DNA of 64,000 nt, taken from NCBI RefSeq assembly GCF_009914755.1, contig NC_060943.1; one strand, 5' to 3'. Below are positions 1 to 63,997 of the stretch, in pieces (within the stretch, counting starts at the first letter, position 1; every line of letters starts with the position of its first letter). Below the pieces are notes generated by a model. The model searched no databases, was not told the origin of the DNA, and saw only the letters and a program-made list of their open reading frames with translations. Source of the stretch: the human T2T-CHM13v2.0 reference genome, Homo sapiens. The position numbers were made by a program, and so were the translations under genes.

Positions 1-325
1 TTAAAAAAAAAAAAAAAAAGGAGAGAGACCTATGAAGGTGATGGAACAGGTAGTGCTCATTTCAGAATGTATACAAATATCAAAACATCATGATGTTCAT
101 GGTAAATATACTCAATTTTTATCTTTCAGTTATGCCTCAAAAATCTGGAAAAAGAAAAAAAAAACCCTTTAGAGTGGAGGAGAAGGAAGCAAGTGGGGCA
201 CAGGGAGAAACGAGCTGAGACACAGACCAACCCCAGCGTCAGCTGAGACTTCAGAGACTTCTGAGGCTGGAACTGCCCTGCAGAGGCCACCATCAGGGTC
301 AGGATGGTCAGAACTTTATACCTAG

Positions 326-1397
<1,072 letters not shown>

Positions 1398-1671
1398 TTT
1401 TTTTTTTTTTTAAATGTTCAAATGGGAACCACTTGGACTTGGTCCTCTCACTCTCCCTCTTCTGAAGGAAGAGCATGGTCATCAACGGGGAATGGCAGTT
1501 GCAGCAAACAACTCCAGGAGCTGGCTTCTCGTTCTGGAGAGCACCCTGTGCCTCCTCTGCCTGGTTTCCTGTGCTTTACACATCCAGAGAAGCTTCTGTA
1601 GTAATGAACCATAGACACGATGCCTCAAAGTGTCATCTTCAAACTCGCTCTGAATTGAAAGTATAATCTTC

Positions 1672-1960
1672 AGCCAGCTGTGGTGGCTCACGTCTGTAAT
1701 CCCAGCACTTTGGGAGGCAGAGGCGGGCAGATTGCTTGAGCCCAGGAGTCTGAGACCAGCCAGGGAAACATGGCAAAACCCTGTCTCTACTAAAAATATA
1801 ACAATGAGCCTGGCATGGTGGCTCACAATTGTAGTCCCAGCTACTTGGGAGGCTGAAATGGGAGGCTCACTTCAACCTGGCAGGTTGAGGCTACAGTGAG
1901 CTGAGATTGCACCACTGGACTCTGGCCTGGAGGACAGAGTCAGACCCTGTCTCAAAAAAA
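1672..1960 (+). mobile_element. Alu (AluJ-like) in the SIGLEC11 3' UTR
   Basis: TSD AAAGTATAATCTTCA on both sides. Confidence 0.95.
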
Positions 1961-2081
1961 GTATAATCTTCAAACTCAAGCTCTTCATTGGGGATGGGGC
2001 TGAAATCTGAGTCCAGTTCTGGCCGTCACACCAGTGCGACTCCCACACACTTGCTGGTGTCCTGTTGCCATGGAGACCTCT

Positions 2082-13191
<11,110 letters not shown>

Positions 13192-13502
13192 CTGGCTTCT
13201 GGGCCGGCCTGGCTGGGAAGGAAACTCCTCCAGCAGGAAGCCTGGTGGAGGGGCAGTGACCATCCACAGAGGAGGAGCCTCGGGAACCGCTATGTCCTGA
13301 AAGCTCGCCTCCCAACTTCTCCTTTCACAGGGGAAGCAGCAGGGCAGAGGGCATGAGGACCAGCCCCAAACCAGGAAGGAGCCACCCTGGCCAGCCTCGG
13401 AGGTGGGCAGTGCTAGGAGGGGACTGTCAGGGGACACAGGTGAGTCACGGCTGCAGGTGAGGTGATGGATGCAGAGTCTCATTCATTCATTCATTCTCCA
13501 GG

Positions 13503-20603
<7,101 letters not shown>

Positions 20604-21099
20604 TCACATTCTTGTGCAACCATCAGCTCCATCTAGTTGCAGAACTTTTCCATCATTGAAAAAAGAAACCAAGTACCCATTAAACAGTCACTTCCCATTC
20701 TTCCCTCCCCCCAGGCCCCCAAAATGACAAATCTACTTCCTGTCACTACATTTGCCTCTTCTGGTCATATCAGATGAACAGAATCATGCAATATTGTCTG
20801 GTTTCTTTCACTTAGTATAATGTTGTCAGGACCATCTATGCTGTGGCAGGTGTCACAATGTAATTCTTTTTTAGGGGTGAATAATACTCCATTAAATGAA
20901 TAAACCACATTTTGTTCATGGAGTTTTAAATTTGCTAGTTAATGTCCAAATCCTCAGCCTTGGGGAATCGGGAGGTGCTGGGGCCCCTGCCCTTGAGTCT
21001 GCACAACCCAGACCCCCCTCTATGCCCAGGTGGTAATTGGGGCTGGGCTGAGCCACAAACTAGTCTGGGCATCAGGGTGGGGAGGTGACAGAGCTGGGA

Positions 21100-21290
21100 C
21101 CCTGTGATGTAAGGTCCAAGTTCCCCAGTGGGGGCTCCATGAACCAATTAGACCTCATTTACAAAACACAGATCAAAAGATAAATTATTAAGAATGTCCA
21201 GGGGGCAACCTCAGAGCACTAAACCCCAAGCATGAGGCCCCCTGAGCTCACTGGGGTCTTATGTAATTGCCCCCTTCTCCCTGTGGAGCT
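21100..21290 (-). mobile_element. MER45-like hAT fragment upstream of SIGLEC16
   Basis: AAAGATAAATTATTAAGAAT...CAGAGCACTAAACC...GGCCCC motif. Confidence 0.55.
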
Positions 21291-21920
21291 GGGAGCCTGG
21301 TGTAAGCTGCAGAGACGGCCCCGCAACAGGCAGGGGAGCTCAGTGCCTTTGGGGAGCCCGGGGACCCTGAGTTGACATAAGTGGAGGTGAGGATCCTGTG
21401 GGCAGGGATTGGATGGTCATGTCTTCTTTGCCTCCCCCCACTGCATGGAGTAGATTTTGCCTGGAGAATGAATGAATGAATGAATGGGACTCTGCATCCA
21501 TCACTTCACCTGCAGCCATGACTCACCTGTGTCCCCTGACAGTCCCCTCCTAGCACTGCCCACCTCCGAGGCTGGCCAGGGTGGCTCCTTCCTGGTTTGG
21601 GGCTGGTCCTCATGCCCTCTGCCCTGCTGCTTCCCCTGTGAAAGGAGAAGTTGGGAGGCGAGCTTTCAGGACATTGCGGTTCCCGAGGCTCCTCCTCTGT
21701 GGATGGTCACTGCCCCTCCACCAGGCTTCCTGCTGGAGGAGTTTCCTTCCCAGCCAGGCCGGCCCAGAAGCCAGATGGTCCCGGGACAGGCCCAGCCCCA
21801 GAGCCCAGAGATGCTGCTGCTGCCCCTGCTGCTGCCCGTGCTGGGGGCGGGTGAGTGGGTCGGTGGCTGGGGGTCCCAGGCAGGGGCTGGGGCTGCCGCT
21901 GAGCCTCTGCATCTCCCCAG

Positions 21921-22300
21921 GGTCCCTGAACAAGGATCCCAGTTACAGTCTTCAAGTGCAGAGGCAGGTGCCGGTGCCGGAGGGCCTGTGTGTCATCGTG
22001 TCTTGCAACCTCTCCTACCCCCGGGATGGCTGGGACGAGTCTACTGCTGCTTATGGCTACTGGTTCAAAGGATGGACCAGCCCAAAGACGGGTGCTCCTG
22101 TGGCCACTAACAACCAGAGTCGAGAGGTGGAAATGAGCACCCGGGACCGATTCCAGCTCACTGGGGATCCCGGCAAAGGGAGCTGCTCCTTGGTGATCAG
22201 AGACGCGCAGAGGGAGGATGAGGCATGGTACTTCTTTCGGGTGGAGAGAGGAAGCCGTGTGAGACATAGTTTCGTGAACAATTTGTTCTAAAAGTAACAG
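21921..22300 (+). pseudogene. SIGLEC16: SIGLEC16 exon 2 (V-set) with 4-bp deletion and premature TAA
   Basis: TTG TTC TAA AAG TAA CAG|gt versus SIGLEC11 GCG TTC TTT CTA AAA GTA ACA G|gt. Confidence 0.96.
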
Positions 22301-24280
22301 GTATGGAATGGGGTGGGAACCCCTGCCTGTCACACTGGGGAGGGACCCTGGGGACAGGCTATGGGCTGAGCAGAGAGGGCTTTCAGGGACCCCTGCAGCA
22401 CAAGAATTCCCCACCCCGGTCTCTGCCCCAGCCCTGACTCAGAAGCCTGATGTCTACATCCCCGAGACCCTGGAGCCCGGGCAGCCGGTGACGGTCATCT
22501 GTGTGTTTAACTGGGCTTTCAAGAAATGTCCAGCCCCTTCTTTCTCCTGGACGGGGGCTGCCCTCTCCCCTAGAAGAACCAGACCAAGCACCTCCCACTT
22601 CTCAGTGCTCAGCTTCACGCCCAGCCCCCAGGACCACGACACCGACCTCACCTGCCATGTGGACTTCTCCAGAAAGGGTGTGAGCGCACAGAGGACCGTC
22701 CGACTCCGTGTGGCCTGTGAGTGTGGCCTGGGAGGGTGGGGCGTGCAGACAGCCCCGGTGGGTGGGGAGGTGGAGGAGCCCAGCGGGACAGTGAGTGGCT
22801 CCCAGCTCAGGAGCATCCAGGGAGAGGAAGCTGTGGGGTCCCAGGATGCCGGCTCAGCCCTGGGAGGGGGATGGGAATGGCGTCTGATCCTCTGTCCACA
22901 TGTGTGAGCCCTGGAGCTGGTTGTCACTTGTCCATCCTGGGATGTTCCCACTTTCTTTTCCCTGAGGGAGTTTTTTCCAGGTGTGAGGAACAAATTGTCC
23001 CTCCCTGAAGCCAGCTCACAATCTTGTTGCAGATGCCCCCAAAGACCTTATTATCAGCATTTCACATGACAACACGTCAGGTACTGAGGGCCTTCGGGCT
23101 GGGGCTGGGCCAGTCCTCTTTAGGGATGAAAAGGCTTCAGGGGGGTGAGGGGATGTGGTCCTCTTTGCAGCCCCCCCTCCCACCCATTCTCTCTCTCCAC
23201 CCCCACCCTCTCTCTTTCCCTGTCTTCAGCCCTGGAACTCCAGGGAAACGTCATATATCTGGAAGTTCAGAAAGGCCAGTTCCTGCGGCTCCTCTGTGCT
23301 GCTGACAGCCAGCCCCCTGCCACGCTGAGCTGGGTCCTGCAGGACAGAGTCCTCTCCTCGTCCCACCCCTGGGGCCCCAGAACCCTGGGGCTGGAGCTGC
23401 GTGGGGTAAGGGCCGGGGATTCAGGGCGCTACACCTGCCGAGCGGAGAACAGGCTTGGCTCCCAGCAGCGAGCCCTGGACCTCTCTGTGCAGTGTGAGTG
23501 TGCCTAGCAGGGGCCTGGAGTCCATTGGGAGGGCAGAGGGATACAGGGGCTGGGCTCAGTGTCCCAGAGCTGAGGGGGTCTTGAACCCCAGGCCTCGGGG
23601 ACTGACCTTCTTACCTGTGTAGACCCTCATGCAGTTTGTGTCTGGGACTCAGTGGGTGATTCTGCCCTGCCCTTCTATCCCACCCACTTCCCCCACCTCA
23701 GTCTCCAGGACGCTTCCCTTTGCCCAGAGGGAAGTCCCTGGTCCGTCTAGAGCCGGTCCCCTGTCTCCATTTCAGATCCTCCAGAGAACCTGAGAGTGAT
23801 GGTTTCCCAAGCAAACAGGACAGGTAGGAAAGGAGACAGAGGAGCCAGGGCCTCTCAGTGCCAAATTGGGGGCCCAGGTGTCTGGAGGGTCCCCATGCAG
23901 GCGGGTCCCTGAGCCCTGAGCTGCACGTCGATTCTGCCTCTTCCTTCCCTAGTCCTGGAAAACCTGAGGAACGGCACATCCCTCCGGGTCCTGGAGGGCC
24001 AAAGCCTGCGTCTGGTCTGTGTCACACACAGCAGCCCCCCAGCCAGGCTGAGCTGGACCCGGTGGGGACAGACCGTGGGCCCCTCCCAGCCCTCAGACCC
24101 TGGGGTCCTGGAGCTGCCTCGGGTTCAAATGGAGCACGAAGGAGAGTTCACCTGCCACGCTCGGCACCCGCTGGGCTCCCAGCGCGTCTCTCTCAGCTTC
24201 TCCGTGCACTGTGAGTGGGGAAAGGGGACACCTGGGTCCCAGGAAGGGGCCCCTGCTGAGTCCTGTCCTCCCTCCCACAG

Positions 24281-24545
24281 AGCCCCCCCAGCTGCTGGGA
24301 CCCTCCTGCTCCTGGGAGGCTGAGGGTCTGCACTGCAGCTGCTCCTCCCAAGGCAGCCCGGCCCCGTCTCTGCCCTGGTGGATTGGTGGGGAGCTGCGGA
24401 GGGAAACAGCAGCCAGGACTACTTCAAGGTCACCCCCAGCTCAGCCGGGCCCTGGGCCAACAGCTCCCTGATCCTCCAAGGGGGGGCTTGGCTCCAACCT
24501 CAGGCTCACCTTTGAGGCCCAGAACGTCCATGGGGCCCAGAGCTC
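24281..24545 (+). pseudogene. SIGLEC16: Decayed copy of SIGLEC11 exon 8 (4th C2 domain) inside SIGLEC16
   Basis: Acceptor and EPPQLLGPSCSWEAEGLHCSCSS retained; frameshifting indels near 24395-24405; homology ends before the donor site. Confidence 0.88.
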
Positions 24546-24709
24546 TCTGATTCCTGGCGGACAGTCAGGGTATAGGGTGGGGAGGCCTGGGCTCACCAGG
24601 TCCTGCATCCAGGGATGTAGGAAGGGCCTGGAGAACCAAGTTGCAATAAGAGAGGAAGGATTCGGAAGTGTGGTTTAGAAGGTGAATGGGCCTTATCCCA
24701 CTTTTCCAG

Positions 24710-24803
24710 GCAAATCAGGGCCCATGACGGGGGTGGTTCTGGTGGCTGTTGGGGAGGTGGCTATGAAGATCCTGCTTCTCTGCCTCTGCCTCATCCTCCT
24801 CAG
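24710..24803 (+). pseudogene. SIGLEC16: SIGLEC16 transmembrane exon (C)KSGPMTGVVLVAVGEVAMKILLLCLCLILL(R)
   Basis: ttttccag/gtgagc boundaries; intramembrane Lys typical of DAP12-coupled receptors. Confidence 0.92.
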
Positions 24804-25151
24804 GTGAGCCCTGCCCCAGGGACCAAGGGGAGGGGCAGAGAGGGCAAAGGATACACCGCTGAATCCCAGAATCTCAATCCTGGGGGTACTTGGACAGTTA
24901 AAGAGGCCTGTGGCCAGGCAGAGGCTGAGTTGATCGTGATGATTCCACACGGGCCAGTGTTGTCAGTCTCCAACTCTGGACCAATGTCCAGGCTGGGGAG
25001 GTTCCTGCTTGTATCAGGGAGGTCCTGGGGGCTAGGCCTGCTCTCTCTGCCTCAGTCCCCTCCAACCCCTTAGCAGGGCACAGGGAGGTGAGTCTGCTGC
25101 CCTCTTCACCCCCATCCAGCCACACTCACAGGCCCTGGTCTCTTCACCCAG

Positions 25152-25231
25152 AGTGAGGTCTTGCAGGAGGAAGGCAGCAAGGGCAGCATTGGGCATGGAG
25201 GCTGCAGACGCTGTCACGGACTAATCTCCAG
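25152..25231 (+). pseudogene. SIGLEC16: SIGLEC16 cytoplasmic exon VRSCRRKAARAALGMEAADAVTD*
   Basis: Stop TAA at 25222-25224; donor GTGAGT 7 nt after the stop. Confidence 0.9.
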
Positions 25232-25776
25232 GTGAGTGTCGTGGGCCTCTTACCCTCCAACATCCCGCTGGACACCTCCCCCTCGATGGCCCCAAGGACT
25301 GCTCCACTCAACTTGGCCATAACTGACTCATCACCTCCCTTTCCAAGCCCACTTCTCTTGTTGAGAGCCCCATCCCTCTGATGACATGGTAGCCCCATCT
25401 CTAACGTCAGAACCCGGGTGTGGGTGTCCACCTTGACCTCCCTCCCTCCTCCAGATCCCAAAAATCACTAGCACTTGTCCCTCCTCCTAAGTACAGGTCA
25501 CCTTGGAGCCCTTTTCTCCATCCTGGCCCCGGTCATGCCTGGGCCTCACCTCTTCCCTGGTCGCTGAACCCACCTCACCTCTTGCCTCCATCTCTCCCAA
25601 CAGACTCCAGACTGCTTCCAGATGCCTCCTCATCCAGTTCCTCCACAGTCTGAGCGGCCGTGTTTCCTCTGCAGGCTTTGCATGGTCTGTCCCCTGCTGG
25701 ACTCTCCTGATCCCTCCTTTCCCTGTCACCCAACATCTCCCCAAACCCTCCGGGCCAAGGACTCTGCGGCTCTTGA

Positions 25777-26980
<1,204 letters not shown>

Positions 26981-27515
26981 ACCACCACCACCACCAATGT
27001 CTGATTAAATCTAAGCCACGGTTCCATTTTGGGGCAAGGGGCAGGGTGTGGGTGTGGTGGACAGAGAACGGGCTCCAGCCACCATCAGCTGCACGTCCTG
27101 GTAGCACCTGAGCCATTCCCAGTCTCCTGTGCTGGGAGATCATCATCTAATCCTGATGATGACGCCCTCCTCTCAGAGCTCGGGGGATGAGCTGCCAAAA
27201 CCCATGGAGGTTCAAAACCCGGGCTCTGGAGACAGAAGACACTGGGCTCAGAGACATGGGGCCACTGTCCAGGCTTTCCCTGGGCCTGGACCTGGGCTCC
27301 TTCCACTGTCTGAGCAGGGTCAGCCTGGGCTGGCTGTGCTGGTTCAAGAGATGAGGGAGGAGGACACAGCGGTTGCCAGGACCCTGAGGCACTGGACTGG
27401 GCACTGCCCCAAGGGGCAGAGGATGGAACCCGGTGTTGATATTGTGATGCTGACCCGTCTGCTCACCTGATTTGGGTGCTGAAGGGCAGCTGACCCCCCT
27501 AATCTTTTATAGACT

Positions 27516-27953
27516 TGTGAAACGAAAATAAATAAAAGTCAAGCTGGGAACAGCTTAGGGCAAACCTGCCTCCCATTCTATTCAAAGCCACCCCTCTGCT
27601 CACTGAGATAGATGCATGTCTGATCACCTCAGTTGGGAAAGGCTAATCAGAAACTCCAAAGAATGCATCTGTTCATCTCTCACCCATCTGTGACCTGGAA
27701 GCCCCCTCCCCACTTCGAGTCTTCCTGCCTTTGCTTCAAGTTTTCCCGCCTTTCCAAATGGAACCAAAGTACTTCTTACATATAGTGACTCATGTCTCAA
27801 GTCTCCCTAAAACGTATAAAACTAAGCTGTGCCCCAACCACGCTGACCATGTCATCAGGACCTCCTGAGGCTGTGTCACGGCCTGTGTCCTCAACCTTGG
27901 CAAAATAAACTTTCTAAATTAACTGGACCCGTCTCAAATTTTCGGGGTTCACA
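27516..27953 (+). mobile_element. Solo ERV1 LTR, MER4A-like
   Basis: TGTGAA...TTCACA flanked by 4-bp TSD GACT; TATAAAA at 27815, AATAAA at 27904. Confidence 0.88.
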
Positions 27954-28235
27954 GACTCATGTGCAACAAGGGGTCTAAGCAGGACAGGTTCGGGGGGGTT
28001 TCCTATTGTTAGCAGATGTCCCCTTCTGGAAAGGGGTGCAAACACCCACTTTCAGCCAGGAGATGGTAAGCGGTTCCCTGATCCCACCTGCTTCTCCTGA
28101 GCAGGGTTTATCAGTACAGGAGAGTCAGGGTATCTGAGAGCACTTCCTTCCTTACCTGGCCTCAGATTCTCCACACTCCAAAGTATGATGCATGATCTGA
28201 GTTACTCAAGACAAAATTCAGGGAGGCAGGTTTAG

Positions 28236-28538
<303 letters not shown>

Positions 28539-28572
28539 CCCAAAAGAACTTTTACAGATAACTGACTCCTCA

Positions 28573-28892
28573 AGCTCTGGTAAAACAATTTATTACCAAA
28601 GCACAGAGGTGTCAAGGGTAGGAGGGGTCCCCCCTGTGGGCCGGCCCAACCCCATCCAGCTTTGCTAGGACACTGGCTGAAGGGCAGGCCACCAAGATGG
28701 GGAACTTCACATTCACGGGAGGGAAACTGGGGCCCTCCGGGAGGCTAATCAGGACTGATGAGTATCCTGAAACCAGTGGCAGGAATGCACATTCCAGGGC
28801 TTGTTCTAGAAGCTTATCTGTGATTAAACAGCAGGCCTTGAGTCACATTACTTCATTTTTTTTTTTCTGTTGCACACTGCAAATGGAAAGTT
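28573..28892 (-). other. VRK3: VRK3 non-coding last exon (3' UTR); 3' end approximate
   Basis: Acceptor ttttattgtcttccag ending at 28893; AATAAA at 28589-28594. Confidence 0.8.
28589..28594 (-). terminator. VRK3 poly(A) signal
   Basis: AATAAA on the minus strand. Confidence 0.8.
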
Positions 28893-30180
28893 CTGGAAGA
28901 CAATAAAAATGCTGTTAGTGTCTCATTCATTCAAGGAACACCCTCTATGCCTTCACTTCATGCCAAGCACCTTCTAGGTTCTGGGGATGTCATCTTCTAG
29001 GTACTGGGGATGTCATCATGACCATACGGGATGAGGAGCCCCTGCTGGGCTTAGGATGAGGAGGAGGCGGGTGGAGACTACACACTAAACACACGCTTCC
29101 CTCCAGATGGGAACAAGGGCTGTGTGGAAAACAGGTGACATGATGAGCAAGTGGGTGGGGAGGCAGTGAGGATGCCTCATGGAGGATGGGGAAGGCCTCG
29201 GGTCTTGAGAAGCAGCAGGTACATAAAGCCAGGATGAGGGGAGCTTTCCAGAACTCGGGATGGCAGGTGCAAAGGTTCCGGGGTGGGGTCCAGCTTGGCC
29301 TGGTCTAGAATCAGAGGGGCGGGGGTGTGGCTGGTGCATCGTGCACGGGGGAGGAAGGGAGCTCGGCCTCGGGCCAAGGCAAGGAGCTGCTGTGGAGCAC
29401 AGGCAAGATGACCTTCAAGGTGCTCGAAGATCACTGGGCTCCTTAAATGCCATCTCCTCGTTATGTTCCCAACCAAGGGGCTGAGTGAGTGGCCTCCAGG
29501 GAGCGCGTGGGTGTGAGACGGTGGAGACCCTGGGAGGTTGTCAGGTGTCAGGTTCTAAATGCCCTTTGCCCTGGGTGAGGAAGGCACTGTGAGACACAGT
29601 GGCACTGACGACGGGAAGCCTGGGCTCGCTCCATCGATAAACAGGATGAAGCCTCTGCCCTGTGCCATGCCAGAAAAGCAGAGATGACAGAGTCAGACGC
29701 GACCCTGCCCTGGAGGAGCTGGCTGCCAGCAGAAGACTGTGACAAGTGACCCCGTGGTCAGTCTCACCCGGGACCGAAGGTTTGGAGGAGGCTGCTGGGG
29801 GAGCAAGGGTGTTGGGGAGGACCCCGAGCTGTCTGGCCTGGATAACTGGGTACACGGAGGAGCTGTGTATCGAGCTGGAGAGGTGGGGGAAAGAGGGAGA
29901 TTGGCACAGGTCATGACTTTACTCTCGGCACCACTGGTTGAGGCAGAGAGCCTGCTACTCCACCACGGAGAAAAGAGTCCCCACCCCTCACCACTGGCCC
30001 ACTCTGTGCGCAGGTGCTCCACGAATCGCTTGACACACACGTGTCAGCTCAGGTTTCAGCCTCAGATGTAAGGAAACGTTGTGGGAATGCAGAAGCACTT
30101 GTAATCCAAGCGCCAAGAAGAACGTCGCTGCGCCGGGAGACAGGCCGTCAAAAGGAGATGCTGTTCAAGATGCCCTGCGA

Positions 30181-30377
30181 CTAGGATCTCACAATCGTGG
30201 TGCTGCTGACCACGGGGCCGGGGGATTCTTTGTGGGGTGGTACAGGTGGGCACCGTGCTGCATGTCACAGGATGTCAGGCAGCATCCCGGCCTCCACTGT
30301 CCCGCATCCTGACAACCAAGTGTCTCCAGACACTGCCAAATGCCCCCAGGGTGGTGCCAAATCAGACAAAGCACTGA
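30181..30377. mobile_element. MER20 (hAT-Charlie)
   Basis: GCAGCATCCC.GGCCTC...TGTCTCCAGACA.TGCCAAATG.CCCC. Confidence 0.75.
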
Positions 30378-31201
30378 GCTTTGGTTCCAGCCAACTCCGA
30401 TGAGAGAAATGACTACTCCGGGGAGAGAAAAGGAGCCTGGAGAAGCTCCTCTTCAGCACACATCTCTGCACCCTTGCCAAAATTTACTGTGTAGTCTGTC
30501 TTTGACCTTGTAAAAATTCCTGCACGTTTACACAAAGTGCTGATGGAAGTAAAGCCATCTAGTCAGCACTGTCAAGTTGATACCTCCATCCACAGACAGC
30601 GTGCGCCAGCAGCCGGGCTGTGCACACAGGCAGCACTGTTGGTAAAATAAAAATCTGGGAAACTAAGCAAACGCCCAGCTGCTGGCTGTGAGGAGTGTCC
30701 GTCATCCACAGGAAGGGGTAGTGCGCACTATGAACGAGACCCGAAGGCATGGAGCAGCTACCTTTTGTGTATGGGGGCGCCAAGGGGGCCAGGCCAAAGG
30801 AAAGTAGAGACTACAGGTGGCCGGGTGGAAGGACAGAGGGAGGCATGGATGCAAGAAGGGACAGAAGATGGCGAGAGACAAACAACGTCTTGATGCTATT
30901 TTTGAGGCCCTGAATCCCGTTGTGCCTGAAGCTCCCCCTTGTAATTTTCTAGCTACAACAGCCAATCAATCCCCACTTTTCTTAAAGCCAAGTTGAGCCG
31001 GGTTTCTGCTACTTGCCATTCCTTGAGGCTGGGAAGTTCAAGGACCGTGCGGAAAAACCCAGTGTCTCCCTGGGAAGCTGGGCCCTGGTATGAACGTGGA
31101 ACAGCCTCTGGGAAGTGTCTCCTGGAGCCTGGGGCAGGGCTCGGGTGAGGGCAAGGGGTGAGAGGCTTAAGCCTCACAAGCTCTTCCCACCTGGATTCCA
31201 C

Positions 31202-61494
<30,293 letters not shown>

Positions 61495-61737
61495 CTAAAG
61501 AAAGGCAGACAAAATGCAGACTGGAGTTACAAAGGCCCCTCTGCAGGCACCATTGGACTGGGAGCCCTGAGGTTATACTCAGCTATGCTGTTCTCTTTGG
61601 CCCTCAACACCAATTCTTGCTTCTTCTATTATGTAAATATATGAGCAAACTGTTCCTTTTAGTTGTTCTCTCCTTCTTAGGTCTTTGCCTCTCTTGTATC
61701 TTCCAGCACTTTGCCACTCTGTGTCCTTTCCACATAA

Positions 61738-63092
<1,355 letters not shown>

Positions 63093-63694
63093 TTATTTAC
63101 CCACCACCAAGGCGACAAATGTCTCCACCAATTTTCTGTGGAACAATTGCTTTTGTTGTAGTTCACCCACTGAGGAGCCCCAGATTTGAGAGGAAATTTC
63201 CAATTGCAACTCCTGTACTGCTAAGGCCCTAAGCTTTGTCTCCTGCACCCCAATAAAACACAGGCTCAAGGCCATCAGCAAACAGCCCCAGGACAAATAA
63301 CACCTATGTAACACTTGCTTAGCCCTGTGGTCTCTGTTTTCCTGTTGTTTCTCATCTCCATGGACTCCCCTTACTTTCCTACCACTTAGCTCTATATTTT
63401 AAAAGGACATTTTAATGTTTTATTCCACATATTTGGGCACACTGAACAATAAGGAGTTTTTATTATCATCTGGTCTGCCATATTGCTAAAAACAAATGTC
63501 CTTTCTTTTTAGTTGACACTGACTAACTCAGCCAGCATGGTTGGTCCCTGGGCTACTGGAATGGCCTCCTAACTGGTTTCCATGCCTCGAATCCATTTTC
63601 CACACAGAGAAGCCACAGAAATCTTTCCAAAATGCAAAGCCTATTGTGTTGCCTACTTGGTAGAAGCTCTTCCGCAGCTCTCCACGTCACCACA

Positions 63695-63997
63695 GTTAAA
63701 ACCAAACTCCCTCCCATGGTCCTGCCTGTCTTCCCCCAGGCAGAAATGTTCCTCACTCCTCCAGCGTGTAGTTAAAACCAAACTCCCTCCCGTGGTCCTG
63801 CCTGTCTTCCCCCAGGCGGAAATGTTCCTCACTCCTCCAGTGTGTAGTTAAAACCAAACTCCCTCCCGTGGTCCTGCCTGTCTTCCCCCAGGCGGAAATG
63901 TTCCTCACTCCTCCAGTGTGTAGTTAAAACCAAACTCCCTCCCGTGGTCCTGCCTGTCTTCCCCCAGGTGGAAATGTTCCTCACTCCTCCAGTGTGT
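63695..63997. repeat. 76-bp minisatellite, 4 copies
   Basis: Unit GTTAAAACCAAACTCCCTCCCGTGG...CCAGTGTGTA starts at 63695, 63771, 63847, 63923. Confidence 0.97.

Larger units (their letters stand above)
21460..24545 (+). repeat. Inverted duplication arm B (SIGLEC16 promoter to pseudo-exon 8)
   Basis: Mirror ORFs in the track, e.g. 12055..12654 vs 22308..22907 and 11455..11817 vs 23145..23507. Confidence 0.95.
21775..25224 (+). pseudogene. SIGLEC16: SIGLEC16, inactive (SIGLEC16P) allele of the activating DAP12-type Siglec
   Basis: Exons 21775-21850, 21921-22300, 22432-22716, 23033-23080, 23230-23493, 23776-23823, 23953-24210, 24710-24803, 25152-25231. The V-set exon is 380 nt versus 384 in SIGLEC11 and reads ...SFVNNLF-TAA (22289-22291). 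TM exon contains Lys; short tail without ITIM, ending ...AVTD* at 25224. Confidence 0.95.

Noticed and set aside
13192-13482. 97-codon in-frame extension upstream of the SIGLEC11 start, mirrored at 21484 in SIGLEC16
   Set aside because: Shared openness is explained by near-identity from conversion. The ATG derives from the (GAAT)n repeat, probably upstream of the transcription start, and would bury the signal peptide.
22255-22280. Cryptic donors (GTGAGA, GTGAAC) upstream of the SIGLEC16 deletion that might rescue the frame
   Set aside because: Both are phase 0 whereas exon 3 is phase 1, so the frame is not restored
27000-27480. Unique GC-rich stretch downstream of SIGLEC16 as a decayed ITIM exon or retrogene
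   Set aside because: No YxxL motif or recognisable homology in any frame that I could support
63695-63997. Regular repeat array as possible CRISPR
   Set aside because: No unique spacers; eukaryotic minisatellite
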